Assembly (NCBI GenBank): GCA_964637915.1
Contig: CAZWXN010000003.1
Span: 1 to 49,227, forward strand
DNA from: an uncultured Nitrososphaeria archaeon
Lineage (GTDB): Archaea > Thermoproteota > Nitrososphaeria_A > Caldarchaeales > Wolframiiraptoraceae
DNA: 49,227 bases
Direction of reading: 5' to 3'
Below are positions 49,195 to 49,227 of this stretch, one piece after another (position 1 is the stretch's first letter; each line of letters opens with the position of its first letter). The notes beneath the pieces were generated by a model that saw only the letters and a list, made by a program, of their open reading frames with translations, was not told the origin of the DNA and searched no databases. The position numbers and the translations under genes were made by a program.

Positions 49195-49227
49195 AGGCAT
49201 ATACTGAACAACCCTCCTCCAACCCCC

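Overview
Mostly ordinary chromosomal DNA from a fairly GC-rich archaeon. The gene set (radA, TFB, RPC34/TFE-beta-like, Gar1, SRP19, S8e, arcadin-1, TIP49) points to the TACK group, most plausibly Aigarchaeota/Caldarchaeales; that placement is inference. About 58 densely packed genes cover translation, tRNA/rRNA modification, transport, lipid and cofactor metabolism. Four places break the pattern. (1) A probable H/ACA guide RNA at ~1910-1988 (minus strand). (2) A LOG/TIGR00725-like gene split by a ~1.5 kb AT-rich insertion carrying a decayed HTH+LAGLIDADG endonuclease (28.6-30.7 kb). (3) An 850-bp gap between trm1 and rlmE holding gene relics and a 141-bp two-fold symmetric element centred on a perfect 24-bp palindrome with a TTTATAAA core. 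(4) A TIP49/RuvBL gene cut off just before its Walker A motif and followed by a second, frameshifted HTH+LAGLIDADG endonuclease at the window end. No tRNA, rRNA or CRISPR array was recognised. All family calls come from motif recognition by eye, not database searches.
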